A DNA stretch of 63,313 nt, the filler included, from Sphacelaria rigidula (Eukaryota): NCBI GenBank assembly GCA_964200075.2. It is 8 parts of 8 records of this genome, joined end to end, with 100 filler letters (N's around TTAATTAATTAA, not from the genome) between each part and the next. Parts side by side here need not be neighbours in the genome. Positions count along the whole stretch, not along the records: positions 23,783 to 31,609 come from CAXNAA020013338.1; positions 31,710 to 39,536 come from CAXNAA020013339.1; 6 more parts are not named here. One strand, written 5' to 3'. A model generated the notes under the pieces. That model ran no database searches and was not told the origin of the DNA. It saw only the letters and a program-made list of their open reading frames with translations. This document shows positions 26,701 to 39,636 of the stretch, piece by piece. A program made the position numbers and the translations under genes. How positions within the stretch are numbered: position 1 is the first letter of the stretch; the number at the start of each line of letters is the position of its first letter.

Positions 26701-27419
26701 CAAACGTCGCCGCATTTTCAGACCTGAGACAGGTGCCAATGAGCGTTGAAATTTGATGGATCAGAGGAAATAGCGAATATCGACGAAAACCGCGGGGGAA
26801 GTCAGTGGTGCGTCATCGCTCTCGCACAAACGCCTGCTACGGTGTAAGTGCGGAATAATAAGTGGAGTTGACTTGAATACCTTCTTCCACAAACTCGCCA
26901 TCGATTCTCCCACAAACAGCCCCAGGTCAAGCTGGGAACAACAAGACCCACACTTGCTGAGACTAACGGCATTTGAACATCCACCAACATCGACTCAGGC
27001 AAGGTGTATCACAACAGCGCTCCCCACTTATCCAGCGGACGAGAGAAGGTGGGTCGCACTCTGCTTAAACTCGCCGTGAAGTGTGTACATATGTGAAGCG
27101 TACTCTGGGCAGATAAGAATGTTGCTATATGGAGAGACACGAGGGAGACATCATGACGGCGCTCAATGCCATGATATCCGATATTGCTGTAAAAACATGT
27201 GGTCGCGGTCGACAGCGAACATGTACAGAGTAGTTGTAGTTAACATCATTACGTGCACGTTTTGAGGCCAACAACCTATTTGGATGGTCGAGACCACACG
27301 TTTGCCTGGCTGCTTCAATTTCAACCACGATTGGTTTCTCTTCATCATATTGTAAATACTACTCGACATCTGAACCACTCGTGAGCGCTAACTGGTCAAC
27401 AGATCCCGCGGCGACTCAC

Positions 27420-30400
27420 AGTGATCCCGACGACCGATGACGGTGTTGTACATCAAATCGTCTTCCGTGAGCTTCACGCCCTTTGGTAGTACAAGGACCC
27501 CTACCAGCGGGCTGTAGGCGCGAGGAACAGGGCATTCGGGTAGATTACATACCCCATCTCTTTCAGATCAGGGAATATTTCCTAGCCTTCCCCTTCGTTG
27601 TATGTATGAGGCAAGCTGACCGCGGAAAACGCTAGAGCGCCCCCTGTGACCGTCGATGAATGAGAGTAAGTATCTTTGGACCAAGCCTCAACCTTCGCCA
27701 GAAGTCAACTTGAGAGAATGTGTAAAACAACGTATCATCACTTGAAAATAAGGGTAGAATCAAGTGTCGATGCAGTGATCATTTGCACAGACGCACAAGG
27801 TGGCTACGCCCGAGGTGGCTGACGCCTCCTCCGGCTTGCGCGGGGTAGCCGAGGCCGGAAGTAATCAAGAGTGTCCAAAGGTTGAAAATGAAATTCGCAT
27901 CCGAGGCTCCTCAACTGAGTTGAGCAGGTAGGGTTGGGGGATTAAAAGAGAGGAACGTGGTACTATGGCGAATGCCTGCGCATGTTGTTCTGGAGTCAGC
28001 GTTATATTTTACCCATTTCCTTGCCGCGTCTTTCCTGCACCAGCTCAAAGATGTTGCACCAACGACCAGAAACACTTGACGCGAGTTAGTCGTCATTTTT
28101 TCACGATTGGAGCATACTCCACGTTAGGATGGTGCCATCAGATTCAGGTCCGGAGAAGTCTGACAAGTCCAGGTGCTTGCAGAGTGCGCAGCACACGTTC
28201 TGGGTCAAATCGGCGTATGTCTAGAGGCGCCGATTAAACTCTGCCAACGTACACTTTGTCCAGGATACCGTACGCAAACCCTTGCCCGGGGGCTTGCGGT
28301 GTGCCGTGGATAATGGTCAGGGTTGAGGTCAGTATTGAGATCCGAAAAATCCGATTTGTGTAAATACCGAGGATTCGACGAACTCGCGTAAGGCCCACTC
28401 CAACGACCACTGCACGGACCACCGTATCGCTGAGCCTGTCTCCAGATTGGACTAAAAAACATCCGAGTATCAATTTATTTTCAAGCGAATGGTTCTTACT
28501 ACAGCGCCGTTGTGTTTGGCCAACTAATGCAAAAACCTCCCCATCTGATCTGAAAACCTAGCTACAAATCTGAGCTACAAATAGTCAATGAACAAAAACA
28601 TCTTTTGAAAACATGTGTGCGCACTGGATTTAAAACTCGTCTCTGTTTATTTTCAAGTGACGAAATTACTTAGTTCCGTGCAACGAAGACTGCTTGCTGC
28701 GCGCAGATGCGCAAGGGCCAGTGATGCAGCTATTGTGCGTCTGTGTGGCGGTTGTCTGTGCGTGTTTTTTCAGAGGTTGGTGTGTAGCTTTTGTGCTTTG
28801 TTCTCCAGTCTTACTTGCACCAGCGCATAAATGTAGGATTCAAGACCACCGCAAAAAATTCCGCAGTTGCGAGCCCGTCAGCAGATTCGACAGGATAATA
28901 TATCGCTCTCGTGTATTTTTATGTGACAAGGTTGTACGTACGTACTTTCAAGTTTGATTTGCTCTATTTTCAGGTGAAAGGGTTACGCACCGGGCAAATC
29001 CGCACACGCATGATCCCACGCTCCGAGCGTTTCTCGAGGCCCACCATCAATATGTTTAGGAATATATTGAAATTTGAAAGTCAGTCCATGGTAACCACTC
29101 TAACGCTTCCTGAGATTTTTCTGTCTTCTGCTTTCTTTCCCTCTTTCTCCTGCATACTTTATTGTTGGCAGATCTGAGGGGTTTGCTTCTTCCTCACCCC
29201 GATAAACTCAGGGGACCCATTTCTCTTCTGTTTCTTGACGCTTCTCTTCTAGCTTTCATTTGATTTTACTTTGTTGTGTATATTTTTTATCTGGAGTCTC
29301 GGTAGAAACGATGAAAACCTTTTATCTCGTAAGGAATAACAAGGGTGTTACTTCAAAGACGAGCCTACTTTGGTGACCACGGGTTTGAGAGAGAGGGCTA
29401 ATACGGAGAAATATTGGTGAAAATCATAGTAATGGTAGTGATAGTAATTATAATAACAACACCAATACCAACACCATCAACAACAATAACAATACTAATG
29501 ATAATAATAGTACTGAAAACATAATAATTCTAACGTGATTATTAGTACTTACTACTGCTACTACTGCGACTACTGTTGCTGCTCCGACTACTACTCCTCC
29601 TCCTCCTCCTCCTACTCCTACTCCTACTACTCCTCCTACTCCTACTCCTACTCCTACTCCTCCTACTCCTACTCCTACTCCTCCTCCTCCTCCTCCTCCT
29701 CCTACTACTACTACTACTACTACTAGCACACCTTCCTTAGCGTGAAAACGTCAAAGGTTCACTTCGGAAAAATGTTTTTTCTTCTTGTTTCGTACGGTAC
29801 TACATTCACAAAATCGGTTCCTTGATCAGTATGTTTTAGGTAAAAGGAAGTAACAGAGATGTTTTTCAAGTACAACTTGCACAATGGCCTTGGTTTTCGA
29901 GATTTCCCCGTAGGTCGCAAGTCAGGACTGATGGAAGCCCAGAACTACCACTGTACCTTAACCGCGGTACCTGGTCCTCTGTCCGAGTCTTCAAGCGGTG
30001 ATAAGTTTCGATCCATTGAGTTGGCCTTGTTTTTGGAGGAAACCGATATCACGTTTCGAATTGTGTCGGCAACACCTCTCTGCTTTCCCTGTTTTGACCG
30101 AAATCTAAGAAATCAAGAACATATTTTACGGGTGAAACAATATAGCAAGAAAAAAACGAATGCCAAAGTGGGCCTTGTGAAATATACCGGGGCAAGCTTG
30201 AGCATTTTGTCGACATTCACAAAGAGCCAGAAGATCGTTCTCGACACTTGCAAAGAAGCAAGTGTCGAAACATATGACATGTTTTTCTTTACACCTGTAA
30301 AGAGTCAGGTGTAGAGAAGTTCAATAAACATCCATCGACACGTGAAGAGACATATGTGTGAAAGGGGGACGAGGCCTCGACGGACGCTTGCCTGTGGAAA

Positions 30401-30745
30401 GTTGTCCCTTCTACATGGTAGTATCCACATCGCCTTCTCCCTTAATGAATAACGTCGGGCGTTGCTTGGCGGTAAAGCGTTGATGAGGTTTTCTCCCCGC
30501 AGGCTATCGGTGAAAATATTCGTGGACGTTTTATTCGTGTCTCTTACGTATGTTGGGTAGTCAAGCCAGCAACCTCCAGAGAGAACTCGTCCGTGGTTAT
30601 GTGGACTCTGCTTGCTCGTCATCTGCCGGTCTTTCTCTTCCCTCAGCAATTTCATGACTATTTGCCGCCCGCTGAACTTTGGGGTATCTCTCACTTCGTC
30701 GCGTTGGTAGGGACCATGATTTAAACCCGGGGGCCTTCCGCTCAT
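27420..30745 (-). CDS. Putative multi-exon gene of unknown function
   Basis: Candidate exons 30745-30392 (ATG start, CAG|GCAAGC donor), 30088-29957 (CAG acceptor, AAG|GTACAG), 28435-28253 and 27511-27420 (CAG acceptor, GTGAGT donor) are all stop-free. No family recognised; the frame of the last two exons is ambiguous. Confidence 0.35.
29430..29725. repeat. Compound trinucleotide microsatellite (TAA/CAA, CTA, CTC/CTACTC)
   Basis: Directly visible low-complexity triplet run. Confidence 0.9.
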
Positions 30746-31513
30746 GGATCATACAGAGTTACGCTATGGTATCGCCAATGCGAAAATATGATGAGCCCTC
30801 GACCTGTACGTGTGGGCACGCTTCCCCTCCTGTGTTTCAGTGTCCACACAAGTGCCGAACGGAAGTCATGGACATGTGTGCAGAACCAAGTGTCGAAGAA
30901 TGCAATACTGTAAACAATCGTCGTGTGTGCATAACCGAGTGCAAAAAAGTAAAATATAACAAAAACATGGACATCTGTTGAATCTCAAGAATAGGCGGTA
31001 CTTACCTCACCGGATCGCATGATCATCGACAGCAATCTCTGAAACGGAGGTCAGAACACTGACAATGCCCTCACGCTCTCTCGAAAGCAGTCGTTTGAAG
31101 ATAGTGTAACAGGGCACAGGTGGGATTCAGCCTTTTCAGACAGGGCATGACAACTCCAGTATTAAAACCATCGTTGTGCACAGCGGGATGAGGCTGTGCC
31201 CTCTCACCCTCTACCTTCCTGTTAATCATATATTGTGTGATGAGATTATTATAATCCCGGAGAATGCCTGCCGTAGGCGTGAACGTTTCGTGCGTGGGGG
31301 AAGACTGCTGGTATGCGTTGCTCCAAGGCTTGAACCTTTCCTCGCACTCGAGTCGAGAGGTAGTGCTCTGAGAATGAATGTCATGAGGCACTCTATTGCT
31401 TGCCACAAACATTTAACTGGCGGACCTGCAACATATGGTCCTGATCGAGTTACGTGGGCAAACCACACCAGGTCCTGTATGGGCTGAAAGAACTCCGAAA
31501 TCTATTAATACTA

Positions 31514-31547
<34 letters not shown>

Positions 31548-31609
31548 GGGGGGGTCCCTTTTTCGGGGGTGAAGGGGGGGGGGGGAAACACCGCGGGGAG
31601 TTTGTAAAG

Positions 31610-31709
31610 NNNNNNNNNNNNNNNNNNNNNNNNNNNNNNNNNNNNNNNNNNNNTTAATTAATTAANNNNNNNNNNNNNNNNNNNNNNNNNNNNNNNNNNN
31701 NNNNNNNNN
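31610..31709. other. Artificial contig spacer
   Basis: 44 N + TTAATTAATTAA + 44 N. Confidence 0.98.
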
Positions 31710-32283
31710 CAGCCGGGGTGGTCATAAGGCGGAAGTGCAACTACGAAAAAATGCGGCGGGTGCTTCGAACCATCTAAAAATAGCCCCCCCCCCCCCCCAA
31801 AAGGTGATGATTGCATAACGTGATGTTTACATGGTGAGTCGCCCACGAGGCAATGTCTGACGTGTGGCTGTCTCTGGAAAGAGGCGATACCAGAAAATGG
31901 AGCCTCTCATTGGAGGCTATCATCCATTCGCGACGCTTCGAGCCGAACAATCTCATCAGGATACAGCTCACTCTTCATGCGACTCGCCGAACACACCACG
32001 GTGCTTCGCGCTTGGTGATTGATTGCGAGCCTGGTCCGGCGGAAGCCCGGCTTGCTCCGTCTCGGCTTTGTAGGGGCGCGAGGTCAATGGTCACAAACGA
32101 CTATGGCATGCAATATCATGAGTACATCCCCCCCACACCCACACCCACACCCAAAAGCTGTCGACATTTTCACTGCAAACAGTACTACGCCGGGCACGGC
32201 GTCTGGCAGCCCAACCGTCGTTTTGGATCAAGTAACTGATCGTATTTTTGGTTTTGTGTAAATCGACCAACTAGAAAGGTACG

Positions 32284-32375
32284 ATGCCAGAGGGGGTGAC
32301 AGTGATGAAGGCAGAGTGGGTATTCAGTTGGAAAATAGACGCCGAGGGTTTAATAATCGAGGCCATGGGTAGGGT
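32284..32375 (+). mobile_element. Ty1/Copia reverse-transcriptase relic
   Basis: PEGVTVMKAEWVFSWKIDAEGLIIEAMGR resembles the Copia RT start P.G..V...KWVF..K....G.I...KAR. Confidence 0.55.
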
Positions 32376-34607
32376 TCGCCGCGAGCACTTCAAAATAGTC
32401 CAACATTACCCAGGGCCCCGCGAAACAAGTCGTTTTTGTGTTTATACTCTCGAGGTACGAGATCCACCTGAACGCCCACTTTCCCGTTGCCTCATTTTCC
32501 CCCCGTGGTTTCGTCTCCGTCAAACAGGCTCCTGCATAAACGAGGCTATTTAATTCAGCGCCAACGGCGCTTATCGACAGTTCATATTACGAACTTCCCC
32601 CCATTTTTACCCTCTTGGGACTGTTGATGGGAAAATGACGATAAGAAGTGACGCTTGCTTGGGCAAGATATGGCTGTTTTTCTGCAATTGGTGTTGATGA
32701 ACCCACCAGAACTGTGCACCAATCCAAGTCAAGGACCAGGCAAAAGAGCAACATCTGCTGTCGTGATCATGACAAACTATCAGCGGTGACTCCATTACAA
32801 TACAGTGCATATGCAGTAGACCACAGCACAGTTGACTGGGAGAGTTGTGGATCGACGTGATGGAAAAAGTAAGCAAATTGAACGAGTCGGAACAAAGCCC
32901 CACCCGTGTGTAGTAGTGCTGCAGACGAGAGCTATGGGCGAGACAGCATTAGAAACAACTCAACCCTTCGATAGCCAGGGAGGGAGAGCAATTTCTTGAA
33001 TCGGCACTATTTTTCCTGTAAGGACGGATCCAATGTACCCAGATGACGTGCCCTTCCTGGGCTACACTGCACGGATAGTCCATTTCAACACGGGCAGAAG
33101 CAGGCTGCTTGCAAGGGGGTGAATATTTAAAAAACGGTGCTTTCACGACGAACACCAGCTTAAGGCGAGTAACTCAGGATGGATTATCGTAGTGCACCGT
33201 AGGATACGTGGAGGTAATCGTGAATACATGTAGGCATCACACCGCCAGTATGTCCCCACCGACCACCAGAAACGTTATTTTACTTAGGTTCGACACAACA
33301 CCCGGGTATGCTCGTGCAGTTGGGTGATGGCGAGAAAAAATTACATGACGGATATCCGCCGCGGTCGCTTGAACACTTTTCCGACAATCACACCAGCAAC
33401 ACAAATTTTGACCTTGCCAACTTCCAACCTTCCGTATCCATTAGATTTCTCGCCCATGACGTACTATTTTCCGTGGAGGTGAAAAAGCGTCCACTGTCTG
33501 TACTGTCGGCCTCTTGCATTTTTCGTGAAGAAACATCCACAAGTACTCCTTGCCTTGTGGAAGTCAGGGAACATGATGCCGCAGCAGTAGTGGCACCAGG
33601 ATGCATACGGTTATACTTTTTGTATTTAGTTTGGCGAATCCTCAAGCAGAGAAAAGCTGCTCCAATCTGTACGGTAAATTCAACCCTACTCCAGGCCTCT
33701 AGCCGCTGTGATGGCCAACACAACGCTTACGTGAACGGTGCTGTTCACGACGTCTATTGCGCACGGGCTGGCGGTAGATGGACTTAAACCTTATAGCATG
33801 CTTTTGTCTGTATGTTGCCAGGACTGACTTGCGCAGCCATTATATACTGCCCGTATATGCGAACTGTACTATTGTACTTCGAAGTACAACATACTTTTTT
33901 GGATATTTTCCAAGAGTTGCGATCATCTCTTGTCTGTCAGTCACTCCTCGCACCACAGAATTTACTACACCGCGCCGCCGTACACTGCATCGTACGATGT
34001 CTCTACTTCTAGGATGGTTTTGGCTCCGGTACCTTCCCCAAGAGCTCCTGCTCGCTGACTGAAATAGAACGATACACTTCACGCATTCCTGCTTGACGTG
34101 ATGGGGGATCATGCGGCGAGACATGGCAGACGCATCTTGTTCGGAAGGAATCTGTGCCAAGAGCGATGGCACGTTCGCTCAAACTCCTGCTAGGGATGTC
34201 ACCCGTATATGCCTTATTGTAATCTGTTTCAGTAATGGTATACGCTCGAACGACACATTGCACCATCGTGTGCGCTCCAATTGCGCAGCCATATCGTGGA
34301 GCACTGCACCCTACATCGGACTGGACTGCGGTACAGACGGTTGTGCTGTGTACTCTCTTCTAGATAATAAATAGTACAATCAATACAGGACTGACACTGA
34401 TGCTGCCTTGGCTGATGTCTTGGCAAAGAACTCCCTCCAACCTCAAAAATACTGATCGCTGTTTCGTTTTGCATCGATTTTTGCGTGTACAAACTTCCAG
34501 GGAGGAAATAGACGATTGCATATCTATCCCCCTCCTGCTCTCGTTCCATCTTCCGCAACGCAAACCATGCCCGTATTTGCCCAGGCATCACAACGCAGCA
34601 TCCCCAC

Positions 34608-34985
34608 CTTAAAGTCGACACGAATGTTGCTACCAATGCCGTCTGAGACATCGATGCTTTCCGCGTGCCGCAGCTCCCAAGGCCGCGCCTGGAATGCATA
34701 AGGCTTAGACGTTAGCGCACCATATGGTAGAAGCGGTAGCAAACCATCATTGCCCTTTCCCTCATCGTCCTGCCTTCCCTCCGCGGCCGCCTCTCGTGCT
34801 GGAGACGTAGCCGTAGCGGCCGCGCGCGACGCACTACCCTCACTCGTACTAGACCTAGAAGAGCAGCAACGCCCTAACGCCGTGGTGGCACGGCCGCCGC
34901 CGCCGCGCGAAACACGAGCACCCAGCAAGGCGGGGGCGTTGCGCGCCGCCACACCTGCTCTGGCTATTGTCGAGATGCAGGGCAT
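34608..34985 (-). CDS. nad11: First exon of the nuclear-encoded C-terminal moiety of the complex I 75-kDa subunit (split Nad11/NDUFS1)
   Basis: An R/A/S-rich presequence is followed directly by [41 protein letters not shown]. This matches the internal NDUFS1 segment [18 protein letters not shown]...ESIDV.D..GSNI. Donor AAG|GTGGGG at 34607. Confidence 0.88.
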
Positions 34986-36103
34986 CCTGCCTCTACCTCC
35001 AAATTGCTTGCTGTGTTGCCCTGAAGAGGCCCTGGCTGGGAGAGGAATTGAGGTCTGACTTCGGCGGCATGGTATCCATGTTTACACTACCGCCCCCCCC
35101 CCCCGGGGACTGCTTCGAGGATTCCCCCTTGTGTGTCTAAAACATGAATGCCTTTTGAAAACTCGAAGCGTAGATTGTAACCGTAAACCGGTTATTATTC
35201 CTCTAATATATTTTCAGGATAGTCATCTATTTTTGTGCTGGGAGTAGCGGCTTCTTGAAGGCTCTGCCAGTATTCGTCTTGGTTATTTGCGGAGCATTAC
35301 TTCTTTGTTGCATTGGCGTGGATGATTCAGTACGCACAGGGATAGCGCCAGAAGCTCTCGTGTCCAAAGTGCGGCACCAGTCTTGTTTCTTGTTGGATAT
35401 AGACCAAACTACCACGGAAGAAACGGCTGCTGCTTCTTGTATCGAAACGTCAAGTCAAGGAATCGCGATCGGAGGTAGTACCATACAGCAGCTTTTCACG
35501 GAGCTAGAGAGCAACAAGGCGACAGAAGGACTGGGGGTGATTGGAAAGCAGACGGCATAGTGAACATACGTTATGGACACCATAAGAGCTATTGTGAGTG
35601 ATGACGAAATGAACCTCAAAGTTTGTCCTACTACAGTACTTAAAGCAGCCCCTCCTCGCACTTGGCACATGTTTTGAAAAAATCTAGAGATGCCTGCCGT
35701 TGGACTTTTAGTCTACAGACAGAGACAAACTACAGTAGTATTGAATGTGATACACGACGATGCTTGTACTCGTAGCAGTCGACAGGGGACAGCATCAGCT
35801 TGGTACCACTACTCGCACTACGATGCACAGGCGCTAGAGTAGTACATGCGCTAAATGGTCATAACGGCTTCAGCTGCCCCTTCATTGCACTGACTAGACT
35901 CTACGATGCTGTTTCATATGTTGCACGTGGTTAGTCCTCTACTCCCTCGCGCGCTGTGTTAAGGTTGTCGTCTGGCTTTCTACAAGTACGTTCACCCTGT
36001 AATGTTTTCGGAAGGGATTGGTCAAGAAAAGGTACACACATATCTTACTGTCTGTATGTGTACACCTTCACGGATTTGGCCTCGAGGTGCTGTCTGTTTC
36101 AAG

Positions 36104-38137
36104 GCTCCCGCGGATGTCGCTGCAGCGCTCAACGAGAGCAACCTTAGCCACGGGAAAAAAAATGTCAGCACCGGATATGGTGAAAGTAAAGTTTTTATCA
36201 CCACTAAATAACAGTCGGCAGAACCGCAGGGCAGCTCATAATAGGTGATCTGTTCATTACCCCCTGGGGCGCCGAACCGTAATCTCGACGACAATTGCGT
36301 CATTCACACAGTTTCGAATGTTAGTCAGGGGCTGGGGACTGTGAGGTACGCGGCATGTTTGTACTGAAGGTGGCGGTACCAGAGAGCAGCGTCCGGGTCA
36401 CCGGCGTTGACACCCGGCGATATTATTCTGAAAAGAGGTCTGGCGCTCAAGGCGTTGACCTCATAACAGCACTAAGTGAACTATTAATACAAGTTGTACC
36501 TGTAGTCCATTTGAGTCCATGTACGCTAATACTTGTAACCACTTTGTGTGTTGATTTTTCGCAATACGCGATTGCTTCTACAGTGTAAAGGTCTCAAAAT
36601 CTTCGTGATAGAGGGGGAGGGCGAATCGTCAACTTGCCCCACAAAACGAGGGGTATACACTACTGTAGGAATTCATGCAACATGAAAAAGTAAATGCCGA
36701 AGATACAATCCCTCACTGGAAGGCCCATATTTTTCATGCCAGTATGTTTTGTGGTTACATGCTTCATGGAGTATATTGACTCCACCGCGTCCTTTGGAGG
36801 GTGGTGAAAAACATGACACTATATATGGCAGGCGCAACACAACACCGAGTACTTTAGTCCTGCGGATTTTGCCTATTCGGAATGTGGTTTCATCCCCTCC
36901 CTTCCTGATTGTTTTCATTTTTGTTTGAGTTTAGCGAGCGTTTCCGTGTTGTTCACCTTGGGTGCATTTATCCTGTGGATAATGACAACCGCCGGATCTC
37001 TCGTGGTTCAGTGAATGAGTGTGCGCGATCAAATTGACGCCAGTTGTAGGAAGGGCCAGCTGTCGACAGTCCAATCTAGTCAAGCAGAAAGCGCACTCAT
37101 GCTGTACGCAGTGCATCAGCAGACACCATACCGCGCGGTACGGTATTGTAGCGCCAACAGTCCCACCTGTTCTCAGTGCACGTACCGAGATGTGCCTCGG
37201 AGATACGGAGGCGTGAGCGACGTGTAATCCGTTGGCCATGTTCGACACAAGTAAGCCCACCCAGTCCATGCGCACTTGCCCTCAATCCCTCATGAAACCG
37301 GACTTCCTCATGGAATTTCAAGTCTGTTTTTTTTTTTCACACACGAGCGACGAGCTCGTGTCACAACTGATTGCCGACCAGCTGAAGGTCAGGCAGATAC
37401 CTACCTATTCACCGACCTACTTACGAAGTAGCCGTTGCGTCCCGTTGGTCTAAAGGGTACACCGACACGAAACGGGTACACCGACCGACAAACGCCAGCT
37501 CGGACTGGGTTTGTGGCTTTGAAGCCTGAACACGAGATGAGATATTCTCCGTGGTTTTCCGTCGTCTGAAGGCGTGCGAACGTGAGTCGCCAATGAAAAA
37601 GAAAGAAAGAAAAAGACGAAGGTCGACGGGCTGCGAAAATGCCGATCCAGTCAGTGCTCGATGATACCGTTCAAGGCAACAAATATCGGTGGAGAGATGA
37701 GTTTCTTTGCTCAAGATTGCGATCTCGCCCCGACACTGGACGGCGGAGGGGTACTCAGCTACTGCTTGCCTCATGGGGTTGGAGGGGATGTACTCATGAT
37801 CTTGCGTGCTGCAGTCATAACACCGTTGACCTTCGCATCCCTACAAAACCGGGGCGAAGCACACCGGGAGGAGGGGAGGAGGGGTCCATGAAAGCACAAT
37901 GAAAGAAAACACGAACGTCTTCTTGTGTGTCCTGGTTCTGGTTCCAACAAGAATCATATGCCGTGCAGTTACTTCTTCCGTATTGTCGAACCTTCTTGAG
38001 AGTGTATGTGTGCTTGTTCCCCCTCCCCCTCCCAGATGCCTCGCGTTGCGGAAGCTGAGGTGTCTAGAAAGACGGGTTCGGGCGCAGGCGAGGAGGAAAA
38101 TCTGGCCATGCTGCAGGAGTTCGTCAAGTCTATGAAT
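36104..38137 (+). CDS. Putative exons of an unidentified gene divergent from nad11-C
   Basis: Exon 38036-38137 has a polypyrimidine tract + CAG acceptor and a GTGAGT donor (MPRVAEAEVSRKTGSGAGEEENLAMLQEFVKSMN). Weaker candidates are 36104-36179 and ~37348-37388. No family recognised. Confidence 0.4.
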
Positions 38138-39293
38138 GTGAGTGAGCATGCATCCCCCCCCCGTTTTTTGTTCTCCTTCCCTCACCACACTTTTTTTCCG
38201 CAGCTGACTCTGTTTCATTTTTTTGTTTTCTGTCCTTCTTAATCACCCCCCCCCTCCCCTCCCCCTTATGGTGATGGTGAGACACTCATGAGACAGTGTA
38301 TAAGCCGTGGCTGTCTCTGGATTTGGCGATACCAGACAATAAAAATAAAGCACCTCATTGAAGGCTGTCATCCAAATGCAAGATAATCGGTGGGGCGTCG
38401 GACCGACCAATCTTAGCAGGATGTAGCTCACCCTTCATGCGACTCACCGAACACACCACGGTTCTTCGCGCTTGGTGATTGAGTGCGAGCCTGGTCCGGC
38501 GAAAACCCGGCGTGCTCGGCTTTGTGGGGATGCGAGGTCAATGGTCATATGACTATGGCATGCATGATCACGAGTACCCCACCCCCTCCCTTTTCTCAAG
38601 CTTTCTTTATTCAGTTTCCGTTAACCCTCGTGGGTACATCCTTATATCTTGTGATAATCATGGCTTCAAATGTGTAGCGGAACAATAAATGTGCATAAAA
38701 TCAACCATACCATATCAAACCAAAACCGAATCAATCACCTGCGGGTCCACCTGGCAATCCCCTCTGTTTTTTTTCTGTACTAAAATAATATATAGGTCGC
38801 CAACAGTAACGGTTCGAACGCCTCTTATTCATTTACATATTGAAATAACCACACCGAACGCAAAAACAGGCACGGAAGATGAGCACCGGCTGGAGGGGTC
38901 GGCGAACGGGACTGGTGATTAACGATGCGCACGTGACCAAGAATGCCGGCGGTTACGACAACATGGAGTCTTTTTGGGAGTGCGCTCTTCAGGGTGAGTC
39001 GGCGAGCAGGCACAGACACGATGAGACGCAGAGAGCGTTTTTGCGCAAACATCCGCGATATCAACCAACGAATTGGAACGCGTCTGTCATGTTCCATAGT
39101 GCAGTTGATGTTCCAGGTCAGAGCGGTGAGTCGCCAGCCCGGCATGATCGTAATATACTGGAACCCCCCCCCCCCTGAGCCTGGTCCGGCGAAGACCCGG
39201 TGTGCTCCGTTCCGGCTTTGTAGGGATCCACGGTTAATGGTATTGTGACTATGGCATGCGAGATCATGAGTATACACCCCTCCCCCCTCCGCA

Positions 39294-39460
39294 GTGGGAG
39301 AACGTGAATTATACAAGGACAAACAGGAGGTGTTGGTGGAGACGATGCAGGAGCTACACGAGTGCGACATGGAACAGCTTGGTAAATTAGATGGTGGCGA
39401 GAAAACGATTGCTATACTAAAAGATAGATGGTGGCCACACGCAGCGAAGCAAGAGACAAG
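39294..39460 (+). mobile_element. 3' relic of a LINE ORF2
   Basis: GERELYKDKQEVLVETMQELHECDMEQLGKLDGGEKTIAILKDRWWPHAAKQE resembles, from memory and unverified, the C-terminal tail of brown-algal LINE ORF2. It is embedded among other repeats. Confidence 0.45.
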
Positions 39461-39536
39461 ACCATCGTGGAAGGTTCTCACGTTGTGTGTGTGTTGTGTT
39501 GTGTGTTGTCGTCCCATTTATTCTGGGCGCCAGTCT

Positions 39537-39636
39537 NNNNNNNNNNNNNNNNNNNNNNNNNNNNNNNNNNNNNNNNNNNNTTAATTAATTAANNNNNNNN
39601 NNNNNNNNNNNNNNNNNNNNNNNNNNNNNNNNNNNN
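39537..39636. other. Artificial contig spacer
   Basis: 44 N + TTAATTAATTAA + 44 N. Confidence 0.98.

Noticed and set aside
29448-29729. Poly-V/G and poly-S/Y ORFs
   Set aside because: These are translations of a trinucleotide microsatellite.
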